This document shows positions 54,579 to 63,316 of a DNA stretch of 64,000 bases, piece after piece (the first letter of the stretch is position 1; the number at the start of each line of letters is the position of its first letter). This DNA is from Bryobacterales bacterium (lineage in GTDB: Bacteria > Acidobacteriota > Terriglobia > Bryobacterales > UBA6623). Made by a program: the position numbers and the translations under genes. The notes beneath the pieces were generated by a model. That model saw only the letters and a list, made by a program, of their open reading frames with translations. It was not told the DNA's origin and did not search any database. The stretch is from the NCBI GenBank assembly GCA_965222095.1, contig CBDCTD010000002.1, positions 482,909 to 546,908 on the forward strand, read 5' to 3'.

Positions 54579-54672
54579 GTCTCACCTCACGAACTCCCCG
54601 GCAAATCACATAAAAGCGCGCCGAAGCCTATTGATTATAGACGACCTATGCCTACCAAACGTTAAATGGGAA

Positions 54673-55749
54673 TCAGCCCAGTTTGGTGGCGATGTCCGCG
54701 GCTATGCGCTCCCCGTGAAAACGGCCGTTCTCGATGAAAATCTCGTTTGTGTGCATCCCGGCCACCAGGACGCCGGCCAAGTAGACGCCGGCCCGCTGAC
54801 TTTCAAGCGTATCGGGGTTGGTGCGCGGGCGCTGCGACTCGGAATCGAAAGTGATGCCGGCACGTTCCAGGAAGGCGACGTCCGGTTGGTAGCCGGTCGC
54901 AGCCAGGACGAAATCGTTGGGCAGTACAACCCGTCCGTTCGGCGTGCGGAGACTGATTGTCTTCTCGAATATCTCCTCGACGCTCGATTCCAGGTAAGCG
55001 CGAATCTCGCCGTTTTTGATGCGGTTTTCGATGTCAGGCCTAACCCAATACTTGATCTTGTCGCTTAACTGTTTCGCGCGGTGAATCAGGGTCACTCGGG
55101 CGCCGGCGCGGTAGGCTTCAAGAGCGATGATCGCCGCGGAGTTGCGGCCCCCTACAACGGCCAGATCGCAATCGTAGAACGGATGGGGGTCTTCATAGTA
55201 ATGAAGGACTTTGTGGAGGTTCTCGCCGGGTACGTTCATCGTCACCGGGAGATCATAGTAGCCGGTTGCCAGAATGATTTTCTTGGCCTCGTAGCAAAGG
55301 CTGTCTTCGGCTCGCGTGGTGGTGGCTACTTGGAAACGCCCATCGTTTCCTTGAACGGCATCCACCCGCTCATAGAGCCGAACGTCGAGTTCGTAGTGGG
55401 CCGTAACGCGGCGATAGTACTTGAGGGCTTCGTTGCGCGTAGGTTTGTCGCGAACGGCCGTCATGGGAAGATTGCCGATTTCCAGCAGCTCCGGGGTTGT
55501 GAAGAACGTCATGTTGGTCGGGTAGCGATAGAGCGAATTGACGAGACAGCCCTTTTCGACGACCACAACCCTGAATCCCTTCTGCTTGACTTCAATGGCA
55601 CACGACAAACCGGTGGGACCGGCACCCACAACCAGGACGTCGCACGACGTCGGGTCGGCAGAATTCGCAGGGGAAGAAGGCACCGGTGACAGCCCAGAGA
55701 CTAAACTTACTATTCTAGCCTTGGTGTTCCGATCTCCGGTGGGCGACAT
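54673..55749 (-). CDS. ypdA: YpdA-family putative bacillithiol disulfide reductase (FAD/NAD(P)-binding)
   Basis: Contains DVLVVGAGPTGLSCAIE..., KG.LVNS.Y.YPT.M.FF..PE.LEIG..P, ...KPTR.EAL.YY. The true start may be the GTG at 55683, which would free an AT-rich divergent promoter region. Confidence 0.78.
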   Translation of the reverse strand: MSPTGDRNTKARIVSLVSGLSPVPSSPANSADPTSCDVLVVGAGPTGLSCAIEVKQKGFRVVVVEKGCLVNSLYRYPTNMTFFTTPELLEIGNLPMTAVRDKPTRNEALKYYRRVTAHYELDVRLYERVDAVQGNDGRFQVATTTRAEDSLCYEAKKIILATGYYDLPVTMNVPGENLHKVLHYYEDPHPFYDCDLAVVGGRNSAAIIALEAYRAGARVTLIHRAKQLSDKIKYWVRPDIENRIKNGEIRAYLESSVEEIFEKTISLRTPNGRVVLPNDFVLAATGYQPDVAFLERAGITFDSESQRPRTNPDTLESQRAGVYLAGVLVAGMHTNEIFIENGRFHGERIAADIATKLG

Positions 55750-55778
55750 GGGCCCGAATGGATGGCGGAAGTTCCCGG

Positions 55779-56897
55779 ATGAAGATAGGCATCACCGGTT
55801 ACCCAACCTACGGCGGCAGCGGCATTGTCGCCACCGAGCTCGGGATGGAGCTCGCCGCGCGCGGGCACGAGGTTCATTTTATTACCTACGCCAACCCGAT
55901 CCGTCTCACCGGCGATTCGCCACGCATTCACTATCACGAGGTGGAAGTCAGCAACTATCCGCTGTTTCAATATCCGCCCTACAGCCTGGCCCTAGCCTCC
56001 CGAATGCTCGAGGTCGCTCAATCGGCGGGCCTCGACCTGCTGCACGTCCATTACGCGATTCCGCACTCGGTGAGCGCTTGGCTGGCGAGCCAAATGCTGA
56101 ATAAGCGTTTGCCCTTTGTAACCACGCTTCATGGAACGGACGTGACACTGGTCGGCACTGATCCCTCCTATCTGCCGATCACCCGGTTTTCCATCGAACA
56201 AAGCCCTGGCGTGACGTCGATTAGTGAGTATCTTCGAGAGAAAACCGTAGAGGTGTTCGGCACTGGCCGCGAGATTCGGGTGATACCAAATTTTGTCAAC
56301 TGTGAACTCTACTGCGCGGATGGGGATCCCGTTCTGCGGGCCAGGCACGCGTCTTCCGGAGAAAAGGTCATCGTTCACCTTTCGAATTTTCGTCCTGTCA
56401 AGCGAGTGCTGGACTGCATTCGAATCTTTGCCCGGGTTGCGGACGTGCTCCCCGCGCGGCTGCTGATGATTGGTGACGGACCGGACTGCGGTCCTGCCGA
56501 GGTTTTGGCTCGTGACCTACAAGTAGAGGACCGGGTGGAGTTTCTGGGCAAGCAACTCGGCGTCGCCCAGCTGCTCGCGATATCGGACTTGATGTTGCTG
56601 CCGAGCGAGATGGAGAGTTTCGGTCTTGCGGCCCTGGAAGCGATGGCCTGTGGCGTTCCGAGCGTTGCCTCACGAGTCGGAGGACTGCCTGAGGTTGTAA
56701 CGGATGGCGCGGACGGCTTCCTCGTCGAAGTCGGCAACATCGAGGGTATGGCGGCCGCCGCTTTGTCGCTCCTAACCGATCCGAGCAAACATGAAGCTTT
56801 TACGATAGCGGCCCGCGACACAGCGAAGACGAGGTTTTCCGCAAAGAAAATCATACCGCGATACGAGGAATACTACCGCGAAGTTTGCAATCACTAG
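55779..56897 (+). CDS. bshA: N-acetyl-alpha-D-glucosaminyl L-malate synthase
   Basis: Starts MKIGITGYPTYGGSGIVATELGMELAARGHEVHFITY, the characteristic BshA N-terminus. It has a GT4 C-terminal domain. Confidence 0.85.
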   Translation: MKIGITGYPTYGGSGIVATELGMELAARGHEVHFITYANPIRLTGDSPRIHYHEVEVSNYPLFQYPPYSLALASRMLEVAQSAGLDLLHVHYAIPHSVSAWLASQMLNKRLPFVTTLHGTDVTLVGTDPSYLPITRFSIEQSPGVTSISEYLREKTVEVFGTGREIRVIPNFVNCELYCADGDPVLRARHASSGEKVIVHLSNFRPVKRVLDCIRIFARVADVLPARLLMIGDGPDCGPAEVLARDLQVEDRVEFLGKQLGVAQLLAISDLMLLPSEMESFGLAALEAMACGVPSVASRVGGLPEVVTDGADGFLVEVGNIEGMAAAALSLLTDPSKHEAFTIAARDTAKTRFSAKKIIPRYEEYYREVCNH

Positions 56898-57129
56898 CGG
56901 CATGAGGGGAGTGGGGTCCCACCCGGCTGATGTTCAGGTTGGGCGGGGCGGTTCGCCCGCTCGGAGCGCACCGGCTCAGCAGGCGCGTTGGACCCGGCAC
57001 ACTGCGTGGCTAGCTCACAGATGCCGGCGAAGAACCGGGTTCGTAGACCCTAACTGCGCTCCAAATGTCGAGCAATAGCGAGGCGTTTAGCGCGAGTTTC
57101 TACACCACATGCTCGCGGCGCGGTTGTGT

Positions 57130-57158
57130 TTGACAGGGTGCCGATCTGCTCCTACAAT
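57130..57158 (+). promoter_or_regulatory. consensus sigma-70 type promoter for tRNA-Phe
   Basis: TTGACA (57130..57135), a 17-nt spacer, then TACAAT (57153..57158). The -10 box ends 10 nt before the mature tRNA 5' end. Confidence 0.6.
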
Positions 57159-57168
57159 CAAGTTTCCC

Positions 57169-57244
57169 GGCCAGGTAGCTCAGTCGGTAGAGCGCAGCCC
57201 TGAAAAGGCTGGCGTCGGCGGTTCAATTCCGTCCCTGGCCACCA
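57169..57244 (+). tRNA. tRNA-Phe (anticodon GAA), CCA encoded
   Basis: Manual cloverleaf fold: acceptor GGCCAGG/CCTGGCC, D-arm GCTC/GAGC, anticodon stem CAGCC/GGCTG with loop CTGAAAA, T-arm GGCGG-TTCAATT-CCGTC, and a 3' ACCA. A T5 run follows. Confidence 0.93.
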
Positions 57245-57346
57245 GTTTTTCAATAACCTAGTTATCACCACGCGGTCCTTCCACTTAGTTGTGGAACAAT
57301 CGGCGTACGCCCCCAGAAGGCTCCGCCTAACCAAACCTTTCTGATC

Positions 57347-58564
57347 ATGAAGTCACGCATCTTCTACGGCTGGTATGTATCGCTCGCTTGCGCGTTCATC
57401 CTGGCGATGACAGTGGGCCTCCCACTCTATGCCATGCCGTATTTCTACGACTACTACATCGAAGACTTCGGTTGGAACCGCGCGCAAACCACCGGCGGCA
57501 TTGCCTTCGCCACAATCGTCATCCTGCCCATCGGAGGGTTGCTGATCCATCGCTTCAGCCCCCGCAGAGCCATCATCTTCGGGGGGGTGGTGTTCGCCCT
57601 GGCGCTCAATTGTTTCGGGATGATGGGTGGCAGCCTGGTTTTCTACTACCTGATCTGGTGCGTTCTGCGGACCGGCAACCTCTTCTCGGGCCCGATTCCC
57701 AATCAAGTCATCCTCTCCCAGTGGTTTTACAGAAAACGCGGGACTGCGATGGGTCTGGCCTATTTCGGCCTCGGGATCGGGGGCGCGATCTCACAGAAGT
57801 TCGTTGCACTACCGCTGATTGTCAGGTTCGGGTGGCAGACCGCGATCAAGATCATGGGAGGCCTGCTGCTGTTGATCATCCCCGTTTTATTGTGGCTCGT
57901 GCGGGATCACCCCTCGTCAAAAGGTCTACACGCCGACGGCGAAGAAGCTCCCCCGGAGGAGACTCAAGGCAAGTCGCTCCAGTTTTCTGACCTGTTGCGG
58001 CGCAAGGCTTTTTGGTTGCTGATGCTGGGTGGTGCTTTCACCATCGGCGCCAACGGCTTCGTGGACCAGCACACCAAACTGCTGTTTCGGGACGCCGGAC
58101 TGACAGCGGCGCTCGTCGCTGACACCACGTTTGTCAAGCTGGTTTCGAGTCTTGGGGGCCGCATTCTGATTGGGTGGCTTGCGGACCGCTTGCCGAAAAA
58201 GTACGTCATGGTCGCGACCTACCTCCTGATTGCGCTCCCCATCCCGCTGCTGTACTTCGTCGACCGTCCGACGATTCCTTTTTGGTTCGCCGCGCTGTTC
58301 GGGTTCGCCCTAGGCGCGGTTTTCATGCTGATCCCATTGATGGGAGCTGAGCTGTTTGGCACCAATTCTCTGGCGCGGGTGATGGGGATCATCTTGCCCG
58401 TCTATACGATCTCTCAGACGGGATTTCCCGCGTTGCTCGGTTACCTGCACGACCGGATGGGCACCTACGACGTAGGCTTGGTGATGGTTTTCGCGCTCGC
58501 GATGGCCGGCGCCGCGGCTATCGCCATGCTGCCAGCAAGGCCGCCAGCCCGCGCGGGAGCCTGA
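57347..58564 (+). CDS. MFS transporter
   Basis: 405 aa and 12 predicted TM spans with a central loop. Confidence 0.85.
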   Translation: MKSRIFYGWYVSLACAFILAMTVGLPLYAMPYFYDYYIEDFGWNRAQTTGGIAFATIVILPIGGLLIHRFSPRRAIIFGGVVFALALNCFGMMGGSLVFYYLIWCVLRTGNLFSGPIPNQVILSQWFYRKRGTAMGLAYFGLGIGGAISQKFVALPLIVRFGWQTAIKIMGGLLLLIIPVLLWLVRDHPSSKGLHADGEEAPPEETQGKSLQFSDLLRRKAFWLLMLGGAFTIGANGFVDQHTKLLFRDAGLTAALVADTTFVKLVSSLGGRILIGWLADRLPKKYVMVATYLLIALPIPLLYFVDRPTIPFWFAALFGFALGAVFMLIPLMGAELFGTNSLARVMGIILPVYTISQTGFPALLGYLHDRMGTYDVGLVMVFALAMAGAAAIAMLPARPPARAGA

Positions 58565-58822
58565 GTAATCTCCAATCCGGAACACCACCAAGCGGTGTTG
58601 CTGTTGGAAGTGGAATCTACGGAAATCGATTTAGTCGGAGGCGTGATCGGCAACGCTCGTGGAGGAATCTTCAGATGCTAGCCATCGTGTCGCTTTTGGC
58701 GATCGTCACCGAGCTGGCCGCTCAACCGATCGACGGGTAGCGCTTCGGTATCTAGCGCGGCTTGGCGTTTTTACTAGTCTTTTCGTGACAATTCCGGAAC
58801 GCGAGAAACGCGGGTCTTTCCC

Positions 58823-60376
58823 ATGACAAAGGACGCGGACTGCATCATTGTCGGCGCGGGACACAATGGTCTCGTGGCGGCCTGGTATCTGGCGCGTGCC
58901 GGGTTGAAGGTCATCGTTCTCGAGCGGCGCAGCGTTGTCGGGGGCGCGGCAGTGACCGAGGAGCTGTTTCCCGGCTACCGCTTGAGCGTCTGCTCCTATA
59001 TCTGCCACATCCTGCAGCGAAAAATCATCGACGACTTGCAGCTTCGCAAGCACGGCCTCCACATCTACTCGATGGACCCGGTCGCGCTGTCTCCGTTTGC
59101 TGACGGCAGCTACTACTGGGTTTGGCACGATGCCGAAAAAACAGCCGAAGAGATAGACCGCATGTCCGGAGTCTCCGCGGCCGATGCGAACGCCTACCCG
59201 AGGTGGATTCGCTTCTGGGAGCAAGCCGCGGGTGTACTGCAACGCTATTTCCTGCGGTCACCGCCGACGATCGAGCAGGTTGCGTCCGACGTTCAAGGCA
59301 CGCCCGAAGAGCGGGTGTTCGAGGCCTTGTGCAAAACCTCGCTGCGCGACCTGGCCGCGCAGTATTTCGAAGATCCGAGGGTGGCGGGCGCCGCCATCGG
59401 CAGCAGCGACTACGGGGAGATCAGTGAGCCCGGCAGTGCTCTGCCTCTCACCCACTTTAAAGCGGACCTGCTTACGGCGGACGAGGATTTCGGGATCGTG
59501 CGCGGCGGCATGGGCGGCATCACGCAGGCCATGGCTCGGTCGGCCGCATTAGCCGGCGTCGAAATCCGCACCGATGCGACCGTCCATCAAGTGGCTGTGG
59601 AGCACGGAGCCGTTCGAGGCGTCAAGCTCGAGAGCGGGGAGTCACTGAGCGCCCCTATCGTGCTGTCGAATGCCGATCCGAAATCGACCTTTCTGTGCCT
59701 CGTTGATGAATCGGACTTGCCTAGCAATTTCGTTGCCGGGGTACGGTCGCTTACGACACGCTCTGCGTCGCTGAAATTCCACGCTGCTCTGAGAAAACTA
59801 CCCGACTTCTCGCGCTTTCTTCGTCCGGAGCAAGATGAGTCGGCGCTGGCCATGATCCGCATCTGGCAGGATGTCGACGGAATTGAAGCGAGCTGGCGTG
59901 ACGCCATGGCGGGCACCCCGACCCGCTATCCGCTCATGCAAGTCCAGATTCCATCGGTCGTCGATCCGACTCTGGCGCCTCCCGGCGAACACGTGATGTC
60001 GATCTGGGTGACTTACGAGCCGGCGCACCTGCGGAACGGCTCGTGGGATTCAGTCAGGCAAAGCGTCGGCGAAGCGCTCATCGACGAGCTCGCAAACTAC
60101 GCACCGGACATTCGCGACTGTATCGTGGAGTGGGATCTATTCACACCGGAAGACATATCGAAACGGATGGGGATGACAGACGGCAACATCCGTCACCTGG
60201 ACATGTTGCCGGGGCAAATGCTCTCCGACAGGCCGCTGCCGGGGTGGGCAGACTACCGGACACCCGTTGACGGGCTGTATCTATGCGGCGCCGGCACGCA
60301 TCCCGGCGGCGAAGTAACGGGAGCGCCGGGACACAACGCCGCCCACGCTGTATTGTCTTCAGATAAGAGCCCGTAG
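58823..60376 (+). CDS. phytoene-desaturase-family FAD-dependent oxidoreductase (CrtI-like)
   Basis: Starts DCIIVGAGHNGLVAAWYLARAGLKV.VLE, and the C-terminal GAGTHPGG motif is typical of the family. Confidence 0.85.
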   Translation: MTKDADCIIVGAGHNGLVAAWYLARAGLKVIVLERRSVVGGAAVTEELFPGYRLSVCSYICHILQRKIIDDLQLRKHGLHIYSMDPVALSPFADGSYYWVWHDAEKTAEEIDRMSGVSAADANAYPRWIRFWEQAAGVLQRYFLRSPPTIEQVASDVQGTPEERVFEALCKTSLRDLAAQYFEDPRVAGAAIGSSDYGEISEPGSALPLTHFKADLLTADEDFGIVRGGMGGITQAMARSAALAGVEIRTDATVHQVAVEHGAVRGVKLESGESLSAPIVLSNADPKSTFLCLVDESDLPSNFVAGVRSLTTRSASLKFHAALRKLPDFSRFLRPEQDESALAMIRIWQDVDGIEASWRDAMAGTPTRYPLMQVQIPSVVDPTLAPPGEHVMSIWVTYEPAHLRNGSWDSVRQSVGEALIDELANYAPDIRDCIVEWDLFTPEDISKRMGMTDGNIRHLDMLPGQMLSDRPLPGWADYRTPVDGLYLCGAGTHPGGEVTGAPGHNAAHAVLSSDKSP

Positions 60377-60481
60377 CAAACCCTCACCCAGCAGCCCGTA
60401 AGGAAAGAGTAGAGCATGTGACACAAACTTTATTCTCGCTAGGTATTGGCGCGGGATCATCCATGCTGCGTGGCCTCATCT

Positions 60482-60675
60482 CTAGCCCGCATTTCTCACC
60501 ACGACCGCAGTGAACGAGGCGAAAGCCCGGCGGCCTTGGCGCGCGGCAACACTTCGTGCACATTGCTCAACGTACAGTCTGTCGGCGAGCGGGCGCTATG
60601 AATCGCGCCCCTACATCTCTGATGGCGGGCATTTGCTTCCACTCCTGCCGACCGCTGGTGAGAAATGCGGACTAG
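60482..60675 (+). mobile_element. 195-bp MITE-like element, copy B
   Basis: Differs from copy A by 8 substitutions and 2 short indels (manual alignment). CTAG on both sides, same TIRs and hairpin core. Confidence 0.85.
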
Positions 60676-60903
60676 ACCGCTCGCGGGGCTGTGAAAAACC
60701 CTGGGTACAGTCCCCGCAGCCCTCGTACATCATTAGTAAAACGCTACCCCGTGCAAGGCGCTTGAAACAGTCCCGGGTTTTTTCACACATCCTCACACTC
60801 GCCGCTCGGTGCCGACAATCCCATCGGCAAGCGGCTAGAATCGGAGGTCCCCCCTGGGTTGCTTGCTGTTTACGTTTCCTGATTGGGGAATCCGACACAT
60901 CTA

Positions 60904-61695
60904 ATGCACGGGAAAGCCAGCCGCCGATTTCAACTACTCTCGTGGCCGCTGGCTCCCATGGAAGACTTTCGGGCGCCAATGGAGGCGCTTCCGCTGCGAG
61001 AAGGGGCCAAGCGAACGAAGTACCCCTTCCGGGTGCTGCGCTATTGGTGGGTTTATCAGGCAATTCTCGATGAGGCTCGGCGCCTTGGCCGGGGACCCAG
61101 CATTGTCGACGTCGGTTCTGAAATTGGATTGCTAAGGAGTCTTGCACCGCCCGTACCTGACGCCCGCTGGATTGGACTGGACCGCAACGTCGCCAACCAG
61201 TACGTTGTAGCCGCCGGGTATGACGAACTTCACGAATGCAATCTCGAGCAGGCGATGCCACTTCCCGATGGCTCGGCTGACATCATCGTTTGCTCACACA
61301 TCCTGGAGCACCTGAGAAACCCGGAAGACACACTTCGCGAATCAATCCGCGTCGTCAAGCCGGGCGGAATCTTGCTGGTCGGATCTCCGATACTGGCGCG
61401 GCCCGTCGCGGCATATTATCAGCGGCGATACAACCGTGAGCTGCGGGCCGGAAAGCGGCAGCTCGGTCAGCACGTCACCGCCTTCCATCCGCGAATGTGG
61501 AAACGGCTGGCCGCCGGACTCGGCCTTGAGGTGGAGGTTTTCGCCGGCTCGCATATCCTTCGCTGGACCGGCAGCCGCCTGGAGAACTACCAGGCTTGGG
61601 TGCGCCTCAACCAGTTTCTGGCGGCGATCTTCCCGGCATTCGGCAACGAAGTTTGCATTCAGCTTCGAGCGCCGTCCCGCGAGAAAGCAGGTTAG
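60904..61695 (+). CDS. class I SAM-dependent methyltransferase
   Basis: Motif I is VDVGSEIG, with a later DIIVCSHILEHL and VKPGGILLV. The start is uncertain: ATG at 60904 versus TTG at 60883. Confidence 0.72.
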   Translation: MHGKASRRFQLLSWPLAPMEDFRAPMEALPLREGAKRTKYPFRVLRYWWVYQAILDEARRLGRGPSIVDVGSEIGLLRSLAPPVPDARWIGLDRNVANQYVVAAGYDELHECNLEQAMPLPDGSADIIVCSHILEHLRNPEDTLRESIRVVKPGGILLVGSPILARPVAAYYQRRYNRELRAGKRQLGQHVTAFHPRMWKRLAAGLGLEVEVFAGSHILRWTGSRLENYQAWVRLNQFLAAIFPAFGNEVCIQLRAPSREKAG

Positions 61696-61867
61696 TTTGC
61701 GGCACACTGGAGGGCATGTTGCAGATCCCGTGGGGTCTTAGCGTGGGGACGGGGAGTCAGGTGAACGGCTCATTCCTGGCCTTGACGATCGAAGGCTTCA
61801 CGGGTTCCACTAACGTGTGGACAATCGAAGAACTCATCGCGTAAACTCTCTAGCCAAGGAGCACGTC

Positions 61868-62074
61868 ATGTCAAAGTCCACAAAAACAGCGGGGCTGTGG
61901 CTCACCTCGGCAACGATTGCGCGGCCTATGGTCGACGGTTGCTGGCGTGGCTTCCTGGGCGACCCTGGCTGGCGGAACGATACCATACTTCATTCAGTCG
62001 CCATCAGCGTCGCGGCCGGTCTTTTCTTCGTGTTCCCGGTTGTGATGCAGCGCCTCAAGCCGTCTCCACACTAG
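61868..62074 (+). CDS. small hypothetical membrane protein
   Basis: The ATG at 61868 is preceded by AAGGAG. The product is 68 aa with one clear C-terminal TM. Confidence 0.35.
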   Translation: MSKSTKTAGLWLTSATIARPMVDGCWRGFLGDPGWRNDTILHSVAISVAAGLFFVFPVVMQRLKPSPH

Positions 62075-62126
62075 GACCCGACTACTATCAATTGTGGTTA
62101 CCCGTCGGTAGCCTAGATAGACAGCT

Positions 62127-63305
62127 ATGACCCACACTCGACGCCAAGCACTCCGGGGCCTGGCTCAATTCTTCCTGGCCTCGCCGTTATTACAAGGTCT
62201 GAGCCTGGCCGCCGATGACGATCCGCTGCTTGACCTTATCAATGTATTCGACTTCGCCAAGCTAGCGAAATCGAAACTCGACCCTGTTGCGTGGGACTAC
62301 ATGGCGGAGGGGGGCGCGGATGAAGTCGCATTACGGGATAGCCGGACAGCGTTCAACCGCATCATCATCCGGCCTCGGTTCTTGACCGACGTCCACAAGA
62401 TCGATCTTTCGACTAGCGTTGTCGGAAGCACGCTGGACTACCCCATTTTTATCTGTCCAGCGGGAGGAAAGAACTGTTTCTACCCCGATGGTGAAGCCGT
62501 CGTAGCCAAGGCTGCTGCCGAGTCGAATGCCATGATGATCACCAACGGCGGCATCGACACCCTTTTGACCTCGGGACGGGGACCGGAAAACTGGTGGCAA
62601 CTCACTACCGGCGGCCAGTTTCGCACCAAGAACATGATGCTCAATTTCGTGGAAAAGCTCGAAGACATGGGGGCCGCCGGCATCTGTTTTACTGTCGACA
62701 TCATGCACACCTCCTATCGCGAGCGCAGCATTCGCCATAAGTTCGTGCGACGCTGGTGTGAGACGGGAATCCCAAGAGATGCCCAAGGCAATCTCATCTA
62801 TCGGCCCGGCGAGACCGCGTGGCGAACAGGCAACTATCCGGAAAGGCCCTTCCCCACCGCGACCTGGGACACGGTGCGGCAGCTCCGTGATGAAACCGAC
62901 CTTCCGATTATCATCAAGGGCGTTCTGACAGCCGAAGACACTGAAAAGTGCGTCGAGACGGGCATGTCGGCGGTGATCGTCTCAAGCCACGGGGCCCGGC
63001 AGCTCGACCACGTCGGCGCGCCGATCGAAGCCTTGCCGGAATGCGTCGAGGCGGCCGCGGGAAGGATCCCGGTCATGGTGGACGGCGGCTTCCGTCGGGG
63101 AACCGATATTCTGAAAGCGCTTGCGCTGGGCGCGGCCGCGGTAGGGATCGCGCGGCCCTACTTGTGGGGGCTGGCTAGTTTCGGACAGCGGGGCGTTTCT
63201 CGCGTTCTCGAGCTTCTGCGCACGGAACTTGCGCTGGACATGAGCATGTCCGGGGTGGCCAAGATTTCAGACATCGATCGCAAACTGGTTCGATGGCGAG
63301 ATTAG
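62127..63305 (+). CDS. FMN-dependent alpha-hydroxy-acid oxidase/dehydrogenase (LldD/glycolate-oxidase family) with Tat-like signal
   Basis: Has the family motifs (...VSSHGARQLD..., ...DGG.R.G.D..KALALGA) and the N-terminus MTHTRRQALRGLAQFFLASPLL. Confidence 0.85.
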   Translation: MTHTRRQALRGLAQFFLASPLLQGLSLAADDDPLLDLINVFDFAKLAKSKLDPVAWDYMAEGGADEVALRDSRTAFNRIIIRPRFLTDVHKIDLSTSVVGSTLDYPIFICPAGGKNCFYPDGEAVVAKAAAESNAMMITNGGIDTLLTSGRGPENWWQLTTGGQFRTKNMMLNFVEKLEDMGAAGICFTVDIMHTSYRERSIRHKFVRRWCETGIPRDAQGNLIYRPGETAWRTGNYPERPFPTATWDTVRQLRDETDLPIIIKGVLTAEDTEKCVETGMSAVIVSSHGARQLDHVGAPIEALPECVEAAAGRIPVMVDGGFRRGTDILKALALGAAAVGIARPYLWGLASFGQRGVSRVLELLRTELALDMSMSGVAKISDIDRKLVRWRD

Positions 63306-63316
63306 GACGATTGTCA

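Noticed and set aside
58675-58740. 21-codon ORF (MLAIVSLLAIVTELAAQPIDG) with a good GGAGGA SD between the MFS and CrtI-like genes
   Set aside because: It is too short and unsupported to call. It is noted only as a candidate for Ribo-seq inspection.
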